Of a DNA stretch of 64,000 nucleotides, positions 1-9,336 are shown piece by piece; the stretch's first letter is position 1; every line of letters starts with the position of its first letter. Below the pieces are notes generated by a model. The model was not told the DNA's origin. It did not search any database and saw only the letters and a list, made by a program, of their open reading frames with translations. This stretch comes from Chloroflexota bacterium (GTDB lineage: Bacteria > Chloroflexota > Limnocylindria > QHBO01): the NCBI GenBank assembly GCA_040902225.1, contig JBBDXT010000002.1, forward strand, positions 30,036-94,035. Direction: 5' to 3'. The position numbers were made by a program, and so were the translations under genes.

Positions 1-908
1 CTCTCCAGCAATGCGAGCCGCCCCACGAGCTCATCGGGAGCTACCGGAGTCGCCTGCCAGATCGGCCCCGGATCGCGGACCAGCGAGCGCAGCGCCTCGT
101 CATCTGCCTGACGGATGAGCCGATGGGTGGCCTGGATCTCCAGCTCCTCGCGCTGCGCGTTGACGAGCACCAGCATGATCCAGTCCGCGGCCAGCGAGCC
201 GGGCCCGGCATCGGCCCAGTTTGGGTCGTGCCGGACCGCCGCCTGGTATGCCAGCGCCGTCTCGTAGCGATGGTGCCCATCAGCAATGAAGAGCTGCTGG
301 CGCGACAGGTGCTCCAGCAGGCGCTCGTCCGGCTCGACCGCCGCCAGCGTATGCAGCAGCCCGTCGCCGTCCCGCGCAAGCCATTCATCGGTCCAGGGCA
401 GGCCCATGAGATGGTCGTGGTGGACCGAGCCGTCGAAGTAGATGGCCAGAATCGGCGAGAGCTGGGTGCGGGTGGCGTGCAGCAGCGCCAGGCGATCCGC
501 CTTGGGGCCGGCAAGCGTGTGCTCGTGCGCCCGCACCCCGGCTCCGAAGGACTCGAGCAGGAGCCTGGCCACCACCCCCTGGACCACCGGCTCGTCCGGG
601 GCCGCCGGCCGAGCGTAGCGGTAGTAATAGGCCGATGGCTGGGCACGCCGCTCGAGCGTGCCGTCCGCTTGCCACGCCCTCAGGGCAGCAGCCGCAGCGG
701 CGTGTGGGTCTTGCTCCGCGGACAGCTCCAGCCGCACCGCGTTGCGCTCGCTGCGCTCCAGCAGCTCGGCCTGCTGCGCCGGCGTGATGACGTCATATGG
801 CGGGCAGACCACCTCCGTCAGGTCGGCGATCCGCATCCCCGGCGCCGATGGCACGGCATAGCGGTCCAGCGCGTAGCCGAGCCCGCGGAACGGGCGGAGA
901 GTGGGCAT
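1..908 (-). CDS. DUF1015 family protein, N-terminal ~300 aa (C-terminus beyond left edge)
   Basis: Absent from the ORF track because it runs off the window. My minus-strand translation from ATG 908-906 gives MPTLRPFRGLGYALDRYAVPSAPGMRIADLTEVVCPPYDVITPAQQAELL...QQLFIADGHHRYETALAYQ. This carries the PFRxxxY / CPPYDVI / ADGHHRY hallmarks I associate with DUF1015. The + ORF 123..959 is its antisense shadow. Confidence 0.8.
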   Translation of the reverse strand, partial: MPTLRPFRGLGYALDRYAVPSAPGMRIADLTEVVCPPYDVITPAQQAELLERSERNAVRLELSAEQDPHAAAAAALRAWQADGTLERRAQPSAYYYRYARPAAPDEPVVQGVVARLLLESFGAGVRAHEHTLAGPKADRLALLHATRTQLSPILAIYFDGSVHHDHLMGLPWTDEWLARDGDGLLHTLAAVEPDERLLEHLSRQQLFIADGHHRYETALAYQAAVRHDPNWADAGPGSLAADWIMLVLVNAQREELEIQATHRLIRQADDEALRSLVRDPGPIWQATPVAPDELVGRLALLE

Positions 909-911
909 CTG

Positions 912-942
912 GGGAGTGTACCGATGCCGCGGCTACACTCCC
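912..942. promoter_or_regulatory. 9-bp perfect inverted repeat in a divergent intergenic region
   Basis: GGGAGTGTA (912-920) and TACACTCCC (934-942) separated by 13 nt, between the DUF1015 start (908) and ATG 1024. Confidence 0.3.
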
Positions 943-1023
943 TGCCAGCCCGCGGCTGAAACTGCCGGGCTCCGCGCTGCGTCTACGGTCCAGACCATTC
1001 AACCGCACCGCTCGCGAGGTCCG

Positions 1024-3456
1024 ATGCCGCACCGAACCGGCCGCCTGGCTCGCCTGGCCGCCGCAGCGTCCCTGGCCGCGATGATGCTGCCCTCGATGGC
1101 AGCTCCCGTCGGTGCTGCCGAAGCGATCACGCTCGAGGCGCGCGCCCTGGTCGGTGGCCGCTTCGAGTCGAACGGCTGGATCGGCATCGCGGCCACCCTC
1201 TCCAACGGCGGCTCGCCCGTCACCGGCTACCTGGCCGCGGATGGCATCGACGGGACCGTGCGTCGCTTCGTCGAGCTGCCGGCCGGCGCGCACAAGGTCG
1301 TCGCCATCTACGTCAGGCCGGCGCCATTCGTGCGCGCGATCGCGCTGCGCTTCGAATCGGCCGAGGGCAAATCCCTGGCAACGTCCAGCGCCGATGCCCG
1401 CGTCCTGGAGCGGACCAGTGGCCACGTGGCGATCGTCGGCGACGGAGGCGGCAACGTGCGGCCGCAGCTGATCGCGCGCGGCGGTGGCTTTCCCGAGCCG
1501 ATCCCCCTCACGCCGGCGGATCTGCCGGAGCGCCCCGAGCCCCTGCGCGGCATCGAGACGATCGTGTGGGCCGCCGATTCGAGCGGCCTGACCGAGGCCC
1601 AGCGGCGCTCACTTGAGCGCTGGGTGGCAGCGGGCGGACAGCTGGTCGTAGTGGGCGGACCCGATTGGCAGGCACGCACCGCCGCTTTCGGTTCAATGCT
1701 CCCCGTTGAGCGCCTCGCGTCGCACGACGGCAGCAGCGCCGCCACGCTGGCCGCCTGGGCCGGCGCCGGCCAGCCGGATGGCAGCGACCCGCTCACCGTG
1801 GCGGCGGGCGACCTGCGGCCGGGCGCCATTGCCCTGGTGCGCGACGCCGGCGGCCAGACCCTCTTTGCGTCAATGAGTCGTGGAGCGGGACGCGTCAGCT
1901 TCGTTGGGATCGACCTGGCCACCCAGCCGTTCCGCACCTGGGCCGGCGCGCCCGCCCTCTGGACGCGGCTCATTCCCGACGACCGGATCTTCGAGCAGTG
2001 GGGCGGGGCCGGTCCGGTTGACGATGAAGTCGCCAACTCGATGACGGTGGTGCTCTCCCGGATTCCGTCACTGGCGGTGCCGCCGGCAGAGCTGCTGCTG
2101 GCCGTGATCGTGGGCTACATCCTGCTCATCGGGCCATTGAGCTACCTGGTGCTGCGCTGCCTGGATCGTCGAGAGCTGGCCTGGATCGTCGCTCCGGTCC
2201 TGGCACTCGCCTTCTCGGGCGTGTCGTACAGCATCGGCCTGTCGATGAAGGGCAGCCAGATCATCGTCAACGAGATCTCGGTGGTGCGCACCTCGACGGA
2301 CGGCACGGCGGCCTCGGTCTCCACCTTCGCCGGCATCTCGAGCCCGGCCCGCGCGAGCTACGACCTGACGGTGCGTGGCGACGCCCTTCTCTCGGCACTG
2401 GCCGCCAACAACTTCGATCCGACCATCGGTGGAGCCGTACTGAATTACGCCACTGAGCAGGGGGATCCGGCCCACCTGCGCGGCCTGGCGGTCCCGGTCA
2501 GCGGCCAGCAGGCGGTGCGGGCCGAGGCACTGGTCCCGTACACGCCAGCGCTGCGCGTGACCTGGTCCCTGACCGCCACCGATCTCGAGGGTCGTGCCAC
2601 CAACGAAGGGACCCAGCCGATGGAGGACGTGGCGGTCGTCAGCCAGAGCGGCGGCGTCATGGTCGGGACCCTCGCAGCCGGAGAGTCGAAGACCTTCCGC
2701 ATGCCGCTTCGCAACCTCAACGGCTCGTCGGCCTCCCAGCAGGTGTACGGCATCTCCGCGTTCGACACCAGCTCGGCCGCCCAGCGCCAGATCTCCGTCC
2801 GCAGCCTGGTGATCGATGCACTGGTTGGCTCGTACCGCGGCTTCCCGGGCAAGATGGAAGGCGCCTCGGGCGGGATCGATCGCGGGCCGTTCCTGATCGG
2901 GTGGCAGGCCGACGCCTCTCCACTCGAGGTCGAGCTCGATGGCCAGGAGGTCCAGCGCTATGCCCAGGCGGTGGAGGTGGTCTCCGGCCAGCCAACCCTC
3001 GGACCAGGCCCGGTGACGATCGGCCCATCGGCGATGAGCACCGAGGTCCTGGCGACCGATGGAGAGGCATCACAGACCGCTCCGGGCTCCGTGACGCTGG
3101 CGAACGGTGAGGTCACCTTCCGCATGGGCATGCCGCTCGAGGCGACCGGACTGGTGCCGAGCAAGGTGACGGTCATCGTGGCCAGCGAGCCCGGGACGAT
3201 CTTCTATGACCAGGAGAATGTGGGTGCCTTTCTGCCGAGCGGATTCCGCGTGGCGGTGTACGACGCGATCGCTGCCGAATGGCTCGACCTCGGCGACCTC
3301 TCCGAGCGGAGCCGATTCGACGTCGCCGATCCGACTCGCGTGCTCGACTCCTCCGGTCGGCTCCTGATCAAGATCAGCGGAACCGGCGTGCCGGCCGAGA
3401 TGGGACAGTTCTCGATCTTCGCGGGCGCGCGGGTGACGGGAGTCCCTGCCCCATGA
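1024..3456 (+). CDS. large secreted/membrane protein of unknown function (signal peptide, central TM pair)
   Basis: In-frame part of ORF 901..3456. Start moved to ATG 1024 (MPHRTGRLARLAAAASLAAMMLPSMAAPVGAAEA looks like a signal peptide). Two central TM helices (LLLAVIVGYILLIGPLSYLVL, AWIVAPVLALAFSGVSYSIGL). Stop overlaps the next start (ATGA 3453-3456). No family recognised with certainty. Confidence 0.75.
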   Translation: MPHRTGRLARLAAAASLAAMMLPSMAAPVGAAEAITLEARALVGGRFESNGWIGIAATLSNGGSPVTGYLAADGIDGTVRRFVELPAGAHKVVAIYVRPAPFVRAIALRFESAEGKSLATSSADARVLERTSGHVAIVGDGGGNVRPQLIARGGGFPEPIPLTPADLPERPEPLRGIETIVWAADSSGLTEAQRRSLERWVAAGGQLVVVGGPDWQARTAAFGSMLPVERLASHDGSSAATLAAWAGAGQPDGSDPLTVAAGDLRPGAIALVRDAGGQTLFASMSRGAGRVSFVGIDLATQPFRTWAGAPALWTRLIPDDRIFEQWGGAGPVDDEVANSMTVVLSRIPSLAVPPAELLLAVIVGYILLIGPLSYLVLRCLDRRELAWIVAPVLALAFSGVSYSIGLSMKGSQIIVNEISVVRTSTDGTAASVSTFAGISSPARASYDLTVRGDALLSALAANNFDPTIGGAVLNYATEQGDPAHLRGLAVPVSGQQAVRAEALVPYTPALRVTWSLTATDLEGRATNEGTQPMEDVAVVSQSGGVMVGTLAAGESKTFRMPLRNLNGSSASQQVYGISAFDTSSAAQRQISVRSLVIDALVGSYRGFPGKMEGASGGIDRGPFLIGWQADASPLEVELDGQEVQRYAQAVEVVSGQPTLGPGPVTIGPSAMSTEVLATDGEASQTAPGSVTLANGEVTFRMGMPLEATGLVPSKVTVIVASEPGTIFYDQENVGAFLPSGFRVAVYDAIAAEWLDLGDLSERSRFDVADPTRVLDSSGRLLIKISGTGVPAEMGQFSIFAGARVTGVPAP

Positions 3457-4412
3457 CCCCGATCATCGAGACCCGCGGCCTGGTCAAGCGCTACGACGGT
3501 GAGCTGGCGGTGGCCGGCATCGACCTGGTGGTTGGCCCGGGCGAGATCTACGGACTGGTCGGTCCCAACGGGGCCGGCAAGACGACGACGATGCGGGTGC
3601 TGGCCACCCTGCTGGCGCCCACCGCCGGGGAGGCGCTGGTGTGCGGCATCGACGTGACCGCTGACCCGGTCGAGGTCCGCCGCCGGATCGGCTACATGCC
3701 CGACTTCTACGGCGTCTACGACGACCTGCGGGTGTGGGAATACCTCGACTTCTTCGCGCGCTGCTACTCGGTGCCGGCAGGGCGGCGGGCCGGCATGATC
3801 GGGGAGTTGCTCGAGATCGTCGGCCTGAGTGACAAGCGCGAGTCGTACGTCGAAGCCCTGTCACGCGGCATGCGCCAGCGCCTGTGCCTGGCCCACACGC
3901 TGGTCCACGATCCCCAGCTCCTGATCCTCGACGAGCCGGCCTCGGGGCTCGATCCGCGGGCACGGGTCGAGATGCGCGAGATCCTGCGCGAGCTGCGCGG
4001 GATGGGCAAGACGATCCTCGTCAGCAGCCACATCCTCAGCGAGGTGGCGGAGCTGTGCACCACGGTGGGCATCATCGATCAAGGCAGGCTGGTGCGCTCC
4101 GGGCAGATCGCCGAGATCGAGCGTTCGCTGCGTGCCACCGCCCTGCTGCGCATCGACGTCCTGTCGGACGGCGAAGCGGCAGCGGCCTGGCTTGGAACCG
4201 ATCCACGGGTCGGCGACGTCCTTGCGGTGAGCAGCGAGGCAGGCAAGACGCGTCTGGAGGTCCCGTTCGACGGGCCGGCCGATGAGCAGGCGGGGCTGCT
4301 GCAGGGCATGATCGCAGCCGGACACACGGTGAGCGGCTTCGGTCAGGCGACCAGCGACCTGGAGGAGATCTTCCTCAAGGTCACCGGCAACGACGAGGAG
4401 ACGGCGGCATGA
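3453..4412 (+). CDS. ABC transporter ATP-binding protein (ABC-2 exporter type)
   Basis: Start set at MTPIIETRGLVKRYDG inside ORF 3279..4412. Walker A GPNGAGKTTT, signature LSRGMRQR, Walker B LLILDEP. ATGA overlaps at both ends. Confidence 0.9.
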   Translation: MTPIIETRGLVKRYDGELAVAGIDLVVGPGEIYGLVGPNGAGKTTTMRVLATLLAPTAGEALVCGIDVTADPVEVRRRIGYMPDFYGVYDDLRVWEYLDFFARCYSVPAGRRAGMIGELLEIVGLSDKRESYVEALSRGMRQRLCLAHTLVHDPQLLILDEPASGLDPRARVEMREILRELRGMGKTILVSSHILSEVAELCTTVGIIDQGRLVRSGQIAEIERSLRATALLRIDVLSDGEAAAAWLGTDPRVGDVLAVSSEAGKTRLEVPFDGPADEQAGLLQGMIAAGHTVSGFGQATSDLEEIFLKVTGNDEETAA

Positions 4413-5569
4413 CGGCGACGACTCTCCCTCGACGACGCCTCTCCAGCCTGCGCGAGTTCAGCTCATCGGTCTCGACCATCATGTCGAAGGAGCTGCGCTC
4501 CCGATTTCGCGGTCGACGGGCGTTCGTCGTCCTCACCATCTACCTCGCCGTGCTGGCGCTGATCGCGTACGGCGCCTACATCAGCTCGGTGGCCGACGCC
4601 AAGGTGCCGGAGGAGCTCTTCGCGCCGGATGGGTCGAGCGTCAGCGTCGCCAACGGGTCGGCCATCGTGGGGCAGGCGATCTTCGCCATGCTCTCGGTTT
4701 TCCAGCTCATGCTGGTCGCCTTCCTGGCACCGGCCTTCACGACTGGGGCGATCAGCCTGGAGCGCGAGAAGGCAACCCTCGACCTGCTGATCACGACCCC
4801 GCTGCGCCCCGGGGCCATCGTCGTCGGCAAGCTCCTGTCGGCCCTCGCCTTCGTGGTCCTCATGATCCTGGCGGGGATCCCGGTCTCGGCGCTGGTGCTG
4901 ATGTACGGCGGGGTGTTGGTGGAGGACATCGTCCGCGCGCAGGTCGTGCTGTTCGTGTCGGCGATCGGCTTCGGCGTCATCGGCCTCTTCTGCAGCGCAC
5001 TCTTCAAGCGCACGCAGAGCGCCACCGTGATCGCCTATTCGACCGTCCTCTTCCTCACCGTGGGAACCTTCTTCATCTGGCGCCTGTGGACCGCGACCCT
5101 GACCGGAATGACCGACGGCGCATTCGGCCTCCCCAACCGGGCACCCGAACAGCTCCTCTATCTGAACCCCGCCGTCGCCATGGTCGAGATCGTGGCGGAC
5201 ACCGAGATCACGACGGGCGACATGGGCAAGATCATGGCCGAGATCCGCGGCACCGCCGGCATCCAGTGCGAGGAGGGCCTCTGCTTCACGATCACCGATG
5301 GAGTGCCGACGGACGTCAAGCCCGGCTTCGATGGCGCTGGCGTCAACGGCGACTGTGCGGCGAACGAGCGCTGCGCACAGCCCGGCGTCCAGGCCGTCTT
5401 CGACCCGCAACCCGCCGAGACCGGCCACTTCTGGCCGCGCTTCGCACTCACCTTTGCCGGCCTTTCGCTGCTGCTGACCCTCGCCTCCATGCGTCTCGTC
5501 GTTCCCGCGGGCCTGGGTTTCCGGCTGCCTCGTCGCCGGCTCCGCGCGGCCCCGGAGCGTGACCTGTGA
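4409..5569 (+). CDS. ABC-2 type transporter permease with Cys-rich extracytoplasmic segment
   Basis: ORF 4409..5569. Multiple hydrophobic helices (FVVLTIYLAVLALIAYGAYI, LSALAFVVLMILAGIPVSALVLM, VLFVSAIGFGVIGLFCSALF). Directly coupled to the upstream ABC ATPase. Confidence 0.8.
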   Translation: MTATTLPRRRLSSLREFSSSVSTIMSKELRSRFRGRRAFVVLTIYLAVLALIAYGAYISSVADAKVPEELFAPDGSSVSVANGSAIVGQAIFAMLSVFQLMLVAFLAPAFTTGAISLEREKATLDLLITTPLRPGAIVVGKLLSALAFVVLMILAGIPVSALVLMYGGVLVEDIVRAQVVLFVSAIGFGVIGLFCSALFKRTQSATVIAYSTVLFLTVGTFFIWRLWTATLTGMTDGAFGLPNRAPEQLLYLNPAVAMVEIVADTEITTGDMGKIMAEIRGTAGIQCEEGLCFTITDGVPTDVKPGFDGAGVNGDCAANERCAQPGVQAVFDPQPAETGHFWPRFALTFAGLSLLLTLASMRLVVPAGLGFRLPRRRLRAAPERDL

Positions 5570-7377
5570 CCGATCGATCGCTGGCCGCCAGGATCGCCGA
5601 CCGACTCGGCTCCGATGCGCTGCGGCGCCTCCGCTCGCTCCGGCGACGCCTCTGGCTGCGCCGCAGCGTGCGGGTCGCGGGGATCGCCCTGGCTGCAGCG
5701 CTTGGCGGTATCGCCCTGGTACAGCTCGTCGCCCGCACCGTCGCCCTGGAGATCGCGCCGTGGCTGATGGCCGCGGTTGCGGCCGTGGCACTCGTCGCCT
5801 GGGCCGTCGTCTCGTGGCGATTGCGGCCGTCGCTGACCGACGCGGCTCGTGGCGCGGACGCGGAGCTTGCCCTCCGCGAGCGCCTGGGGACCGCCCTGGA
5901 GCTGATCTCCGAACCGGATCCCGAGGACCCGCTCGCCGCCGAGCTCGCGGCTCGCCAGATCGCCGACGCTCGCACCCGGCTCGCGAGTGCCGACCTCCGC
6001 GCTGCTTTTCGACCCCGGATCGCCCGCCGCCCGTCCGCAGGCAGCGGGGTCGCACTGGCCCTGCTGGTGGTGCTCATCGCCTGGCCCAATCCGCAGGACG
6101 CGCTGCTGCGTGATCGGCAGGCGGCTCGCGACGCGAGCCGCGACGTGGCGCAGCGCATCGAGGAGGTCGCGCGGGAGGCCGAGGAGCAGGGCGCCGACAC
6201 GCCGGACCCACGCCGGGATGCCCTGGTGGAGCAGCTGCGCCGGCTGGCGCGCCAGCTTCGCGATGGAGGCGATGACCGGCAGGACGTGCTTGCCAAGATC
6301 GGCGCCGTCCAGGAGCAGCTGGCACGTCTGACGGATCCGCAGGCAGCGCTCAAGGATGCGGGCCTCACTCAGCTGGCCCAGCAGATCTCGAAGGCGGCGA
6401 CCGGCAAGGAGGACGCCAACGAGGAGGGCGATCCGGAGCAGGCGGCGAAGGACCTCGAGGCTCTCACGGACCAGGTCAAGCAGATGAGCAGCGCACAGGC
6501 CGCCGCGCGCGCTGAAGCCCTTCAGCGAGCCGCGCAGGGAGCCGCCGGAACCCAGCCGGAGGTCGCCAAGCGCCTGGCCGAGGCGGCGGATGCACTCGAC
6601 AAGGCGGCGCGCACCGGCAGTCCACAGGATCAGCAGGCCGCAGAGGATGCGCTGCAGCGCGCCGCGGATGCCTTGCGCCAATCTGAGCAGGACCGACAGC
6701 TGCAGCGCAGTGTGGCGCGCGCCCAGTCCGCCCTCCAGGACGGCGCGCGGCAGGTTGCCCGTGCAGGCCAGCCTCAGCCTGGCGCATCGGGCCAGCCTGG
6801 CGCATCGGGCCAGCCGGGCGGATCGGGCCAGCCGGGCGCGTCCGGCCAGCCAGGCGGCCAACCGGGTGGCAGCGGACAGCCGGGCGCTTCAGGGCAGCCA
6901 GGTGGGCAACCCGGCGCGTCCGGCCAGCCAGGCGGGCAACCGGGTGGTCAGCCGGGCGGGCAACCGGGTGGTCAGCCGGGCAGCCAGCCGGGAACGGGGG
7001 GCCAGCTCGGCAGCGGTGGTGGCACGACCGTGCGCCGTATCCCGGGCGGCGGCGTGCGCATCGGCGGCTTCGATGGACCGAGCCAGGGCAACAAGGACTA
7101 CACGGTGTCGGGGCTCGACGGCCTGTTCGTGCCGTTCGACCGGATCGGCCTGCCAGGTGACCCGAGCTACATCGCCGGGCAGGGCGGGGACGGCGGGCAG
7201 GACCAGACGGGCAGCGGCAGCGGGGTCGGCTTCGACAATGACTCGGTGGTCCCCTACCGGTCCGTGCTCGACCTGTTCCGCAACTTCGCCAACTTCCAGC
7301 TCGATCGCCAGCAAGTCCCGATCACCCTGAAGGATCTGGTGCGCGACTACTTTTCCCGCCTCGAACCCACGGAGTGA
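5566..7377 (+). CDS. membrane-anchored coiled-coil protein with Gly-Gln-Pro repeat, unknown function
   Basis: GTG 5566 overlaps the upstream stop (GTGA). N-terminal TM pair (VAGIALAAALGGIALVQLV, APWLMAAVAAVALVAWAVVSW). Long Ala/Glu/Gln/Arg-rich helical region, GQPGAS/GGQP repeat, structured-looking C-terminus (VVPYRSVLDLFRNFANF). Confidence 0.75.
   Translation: MTDRSLAARIADRLGSDALRRLRSLRRRLWLRRSVRVAGIALAAALGGIALVQLVARTVALEIAPWLMAAVAAVALVAWAVVSWRLRPSLTDAARGADAELALRERLGTALELISEPDPEDPLAAELAARQIADARTRLASADLRAAFRPRIARRPSAGSGVALALLVVLIAWPNPQDALLRDRQAARDASRDVAQRIEEVAREAEEQGADTPDPRRDALVEQLRRLARQLRDGGDDRQDVLAKIGAVQEQLARLTDPQAALKDAGLTQLAQQISKAATGKEDANEEGDPEQAAKDLEALTDQVKQMSSAQAAARAEALQRAAQGAAGTQPEVAKRLAEAADALDKAARTGSPQDQQAAEDALQRAADALRQSEQDRQLQRSVARAQSALQDGARQVARAGQPQPGASGQPGASGQPGGSGQPGASGQPGGQPGGSGQPGASGQPGGQPGASGQPGGQPGGQPGGQPGGQPGSQPGTGGQLGSGGGTTVRRIPGGGVRIGGFDGPSQGNKDYTVSGLDGLFVPFDRIGLPGDPSYIAGQGGDGGQDQTGSGSGVGFDNDSVVPYRSVLDLFRNFANFQLDRQQVPITLKDLVRDYFSRLEPTE
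6766..6990 (+). repeat. in-frame tandem repeat of 18-bp (GASGQP) and 12-bp (GGQP) units inside CDS 5566..7377
   Basis: DNA reads ggccagcct/ggcgcatcgggccagcct/ggcgcatcgggccagccg/ggcggatcgggccagccg... . Protein reads GQPQPGASGQPGASGQPGGSGQPGASGQPGGQPGGSGQPGASGQPGGQPGASGQPGGQPGGQPGGQPGGQPGSQP. Confidence 0.9.
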
Positions 7378-8399
7378 ATGGACCGATGACCGAGCAGACC
7401 ACCGTCTCGCCCCCTGAGCCGATCACGCCGGAGCGCTTCAGCGAGCTGGCAACGGCCATCGAAACCGAGGTCGGCCGCTTCATCGTCGGGCAGAACCAGC
7501 TGGTGCGGCAGACGCTGATCAGCCTGCTCGCCGCCAGCCACGCCCTGCTGGAAGGTGTGCCAGGACTGGGCAAGACGATGCTGGTGCGGACGATCTCCGA
7601 GGCGCTCGACCTGGGCTTCTCGCGGATCCAGTTCACCCCGGACCTGATGCCCGCCGACATCGTGGGCACCAACATCATCGTGGAGGAGGGAGGCGAGCGT
7701 CGCTTCCGCTTCCAGCAGGGACCGATCTTCAGCAACCTGGTGCTGGCCGATGAGATCAATCGGGCCACCCCCAAGACCCAGAGCGCGCTGCTGGAGGCGA
7801 TGCAGGAGCATCGGGTCACCGTCGCCAAGCAGCAGTACACGCTGTCGGAGCCGTTCTTCGTGCTGGCCACCCAGAACCCGCTCGAGATGGAAGGGACCTA
7901 TCCCCTGCCGGAGGCCCAGCTCGATCGCTTCTTCTTCAAGGTCGACGTCCCCTTCCCGACCGAGGCGGAGCTGATGGAGATCCTGGCGCGCACGACCGGG
8001 GCGGAGCGGATCACCGTTCACCAGGCCGCGTCGGGGGCCGACATCCTCGCCATGCAGGCGCTGGCGCGCGACGTCCCGATCGCCAGCCACGTGATGGCCT
8101 ACGCGGTGCGCATCCTGCGCGCCACCCATCCCGACAGCGAGACCCCGCCGGACCTGGTGCGCAGATACGTGCGCTACGGAGGCTCGCCCCGCGGCGCGCA
8201 GGCCATGGTGCTGGGGGCCAAGATCCATGCCCTGCTGGATGGCCGCTTCAACGTGGCCTTCAGCGACGTGCAGGCTGTTGCGGCGCCGGCCCTACGCCAT
8301 CGGATCATCCTCAACTTCGAGGGTGAGGCCGAGGGGATCAACAGCGACAGCGTGGTCCGCGCCATCATCGCCGAGACGCCCACCGAATCGGTCGAGTAG
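7374..8399 (+). CDS. MoxR family AAA+ ATPase
   Basis: Walker A GVPGLGKT, Walker B VLADEINRATPKTQSALLEAMQE, typical MoxR length. GTG 7374 overlaps the upstream stop (alternative ATG 7386). Confidence 0.9.
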   Translation: MNGPMTEQTTVSPPEPITPERFSELATAIETEVGRFIVGQNQLVRQTLISLLAASHALLEGVPGLGKTMLVRTISEALDLGFSRIQFTPDLMPADIVGTNIIVEEGGERRFRFQQGPIFSNLVLADEINRATPKTQSALLEAMQEHRVTVAKQQYTLSEPFFVLATQNPLEMEGTYPLPEAQLDRFFFKVDVPFPTEAELMEILARTTGAERITVHQAASGADILAMQALARDVPIASHVMAYAVRILRATHPDSETPPDLVRRYVRYGGSPRGAQAMVLGAKIHALLDGRFNVAFSDVQAVAAPALRHRIILNFEGEAEGINSDSVVRAIIAETPTESVE

Positions 8400-8405
8400 C
8401 CGGGC

Positions 8406-9323
8406 ATGACCGCGCCGGTCGCGCACGCCGCGGAGGCCGGTGCAGGCGCCGATCTCCTCTTCGACGAGGCATTTCTGCGCCGCCTCGGGCAGCTCGAGCT
8501 TGCATCGCGGCGCCTGACCGCGGGCCGCATGAAGGGCGAGCGACGCTCGGTGCGCCGCGGCCAGAGCGTCGAGTTCGCCGACTATCGCAACTACAGCGCC
8601 GGCGACGACCTGCGGCAGCTCGACTGGAACGTGTACGCGCGCCTCGAGCGGCTCTTCATCAAGCTTTTCGTCGAGGAGGAGGACGTCACCGTCCACGTCC
8701 TGGTCGACGCCAGCCGCAGCATGGACTTCGGTGAGCCGAACAAGCTGACCTTCGCTCGTCGCGCGGCGGGAGCGCTCGCGTATCTGGGGCTGGCCCACCT
8801 CGACCGGGTCAGCATCGCCTTCCTGGGCGAGGGACGTGCGGTCAGCCTGCGTCCGCTGCGCGGCAAGGCGCGGGTGTTCGAGGTCTTTCGCTTCCTCTCG
8901 GAGCCGCGCCCCGAGCGGCTCACCGGCCTCGCCGCCGCGGCCCGCGACTACGCCAGCCGGATCCGGGGCCGTGGGCCGCTGATCCTGGTCAGCGACCTGC
9001 TCGACCCGGGCTACCTCGACGCGCTGCGCGACCTGGCCGGGACACGCTGCCAGCTGTCCGTGCTGCACGTGCTGGCGCCGGAGGAGCTCGATCCCGACGT
9101 CCCGCCGGATGCGCGGCTGGTCGACAACGAGACCGGCCACGGGATCGAGGTGACCGGCGACGACGACCTCGTCGACCGCTACCGCACTCGGCTGGGCGAG
9201 TGGCAGGAGGAGATCGCAGCCTTCTGCGCGCGGCGTGGCGGCGCCTACGTCAGCGTCCCCTCCGACCTGGACCTGGCCGACCTCCTGTTCGACGTCCTTC
9301 GACGCCGGAGAGTGATCGAATGA
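8406..9323 (+). CDS. DUF58 domain protein (MoxR partner)
   Basis: EFADYRNYSAGDDLRQLDWNVYARLERLFIKLFVEEED followed by VLVDASRSM, the classic DUF58 core. Positioned immediately after MoxR. Confidence 0.9.
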   Translation: MTAPVAHAAEAGAGADLLFDEAFLRRLGQLELASRRLTAGRMKGERRSVRRGQSVEFADYRNYSAGDDLRQLDWNVYARLERLFIKLFVEEEDVTVHVLVDASRSMDFGEPNKLTFARRAAGALAYLGLAHLDRVSIAFLGEGRAVSLRPLRGKARVFEVFRFLSEPRPERLTGLAAAARDYASRIRGRGPLILVSDLLDPGYLDALRDLAGTRCQLSVLHVLAPEELDPDVPPDARLVDNETGHGIEVTGDDDLVDRYRTRLGEWQEEIAAFCARRGGAYVSVPSDLDLADLLFDVLRRRRVIE

Positions 9324-9336
9324 CCACAACTTCGCT

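Noticed and set aside
6766-6990. Tandem repeat considered as a possible CRISPR or minisatellite locus.
   Set aside because: The units are 12-18 bp, contiguous without spacers, in frame and inside a well-supported CDS. It is a coding low-complexity repeat, not a CRISPR array.
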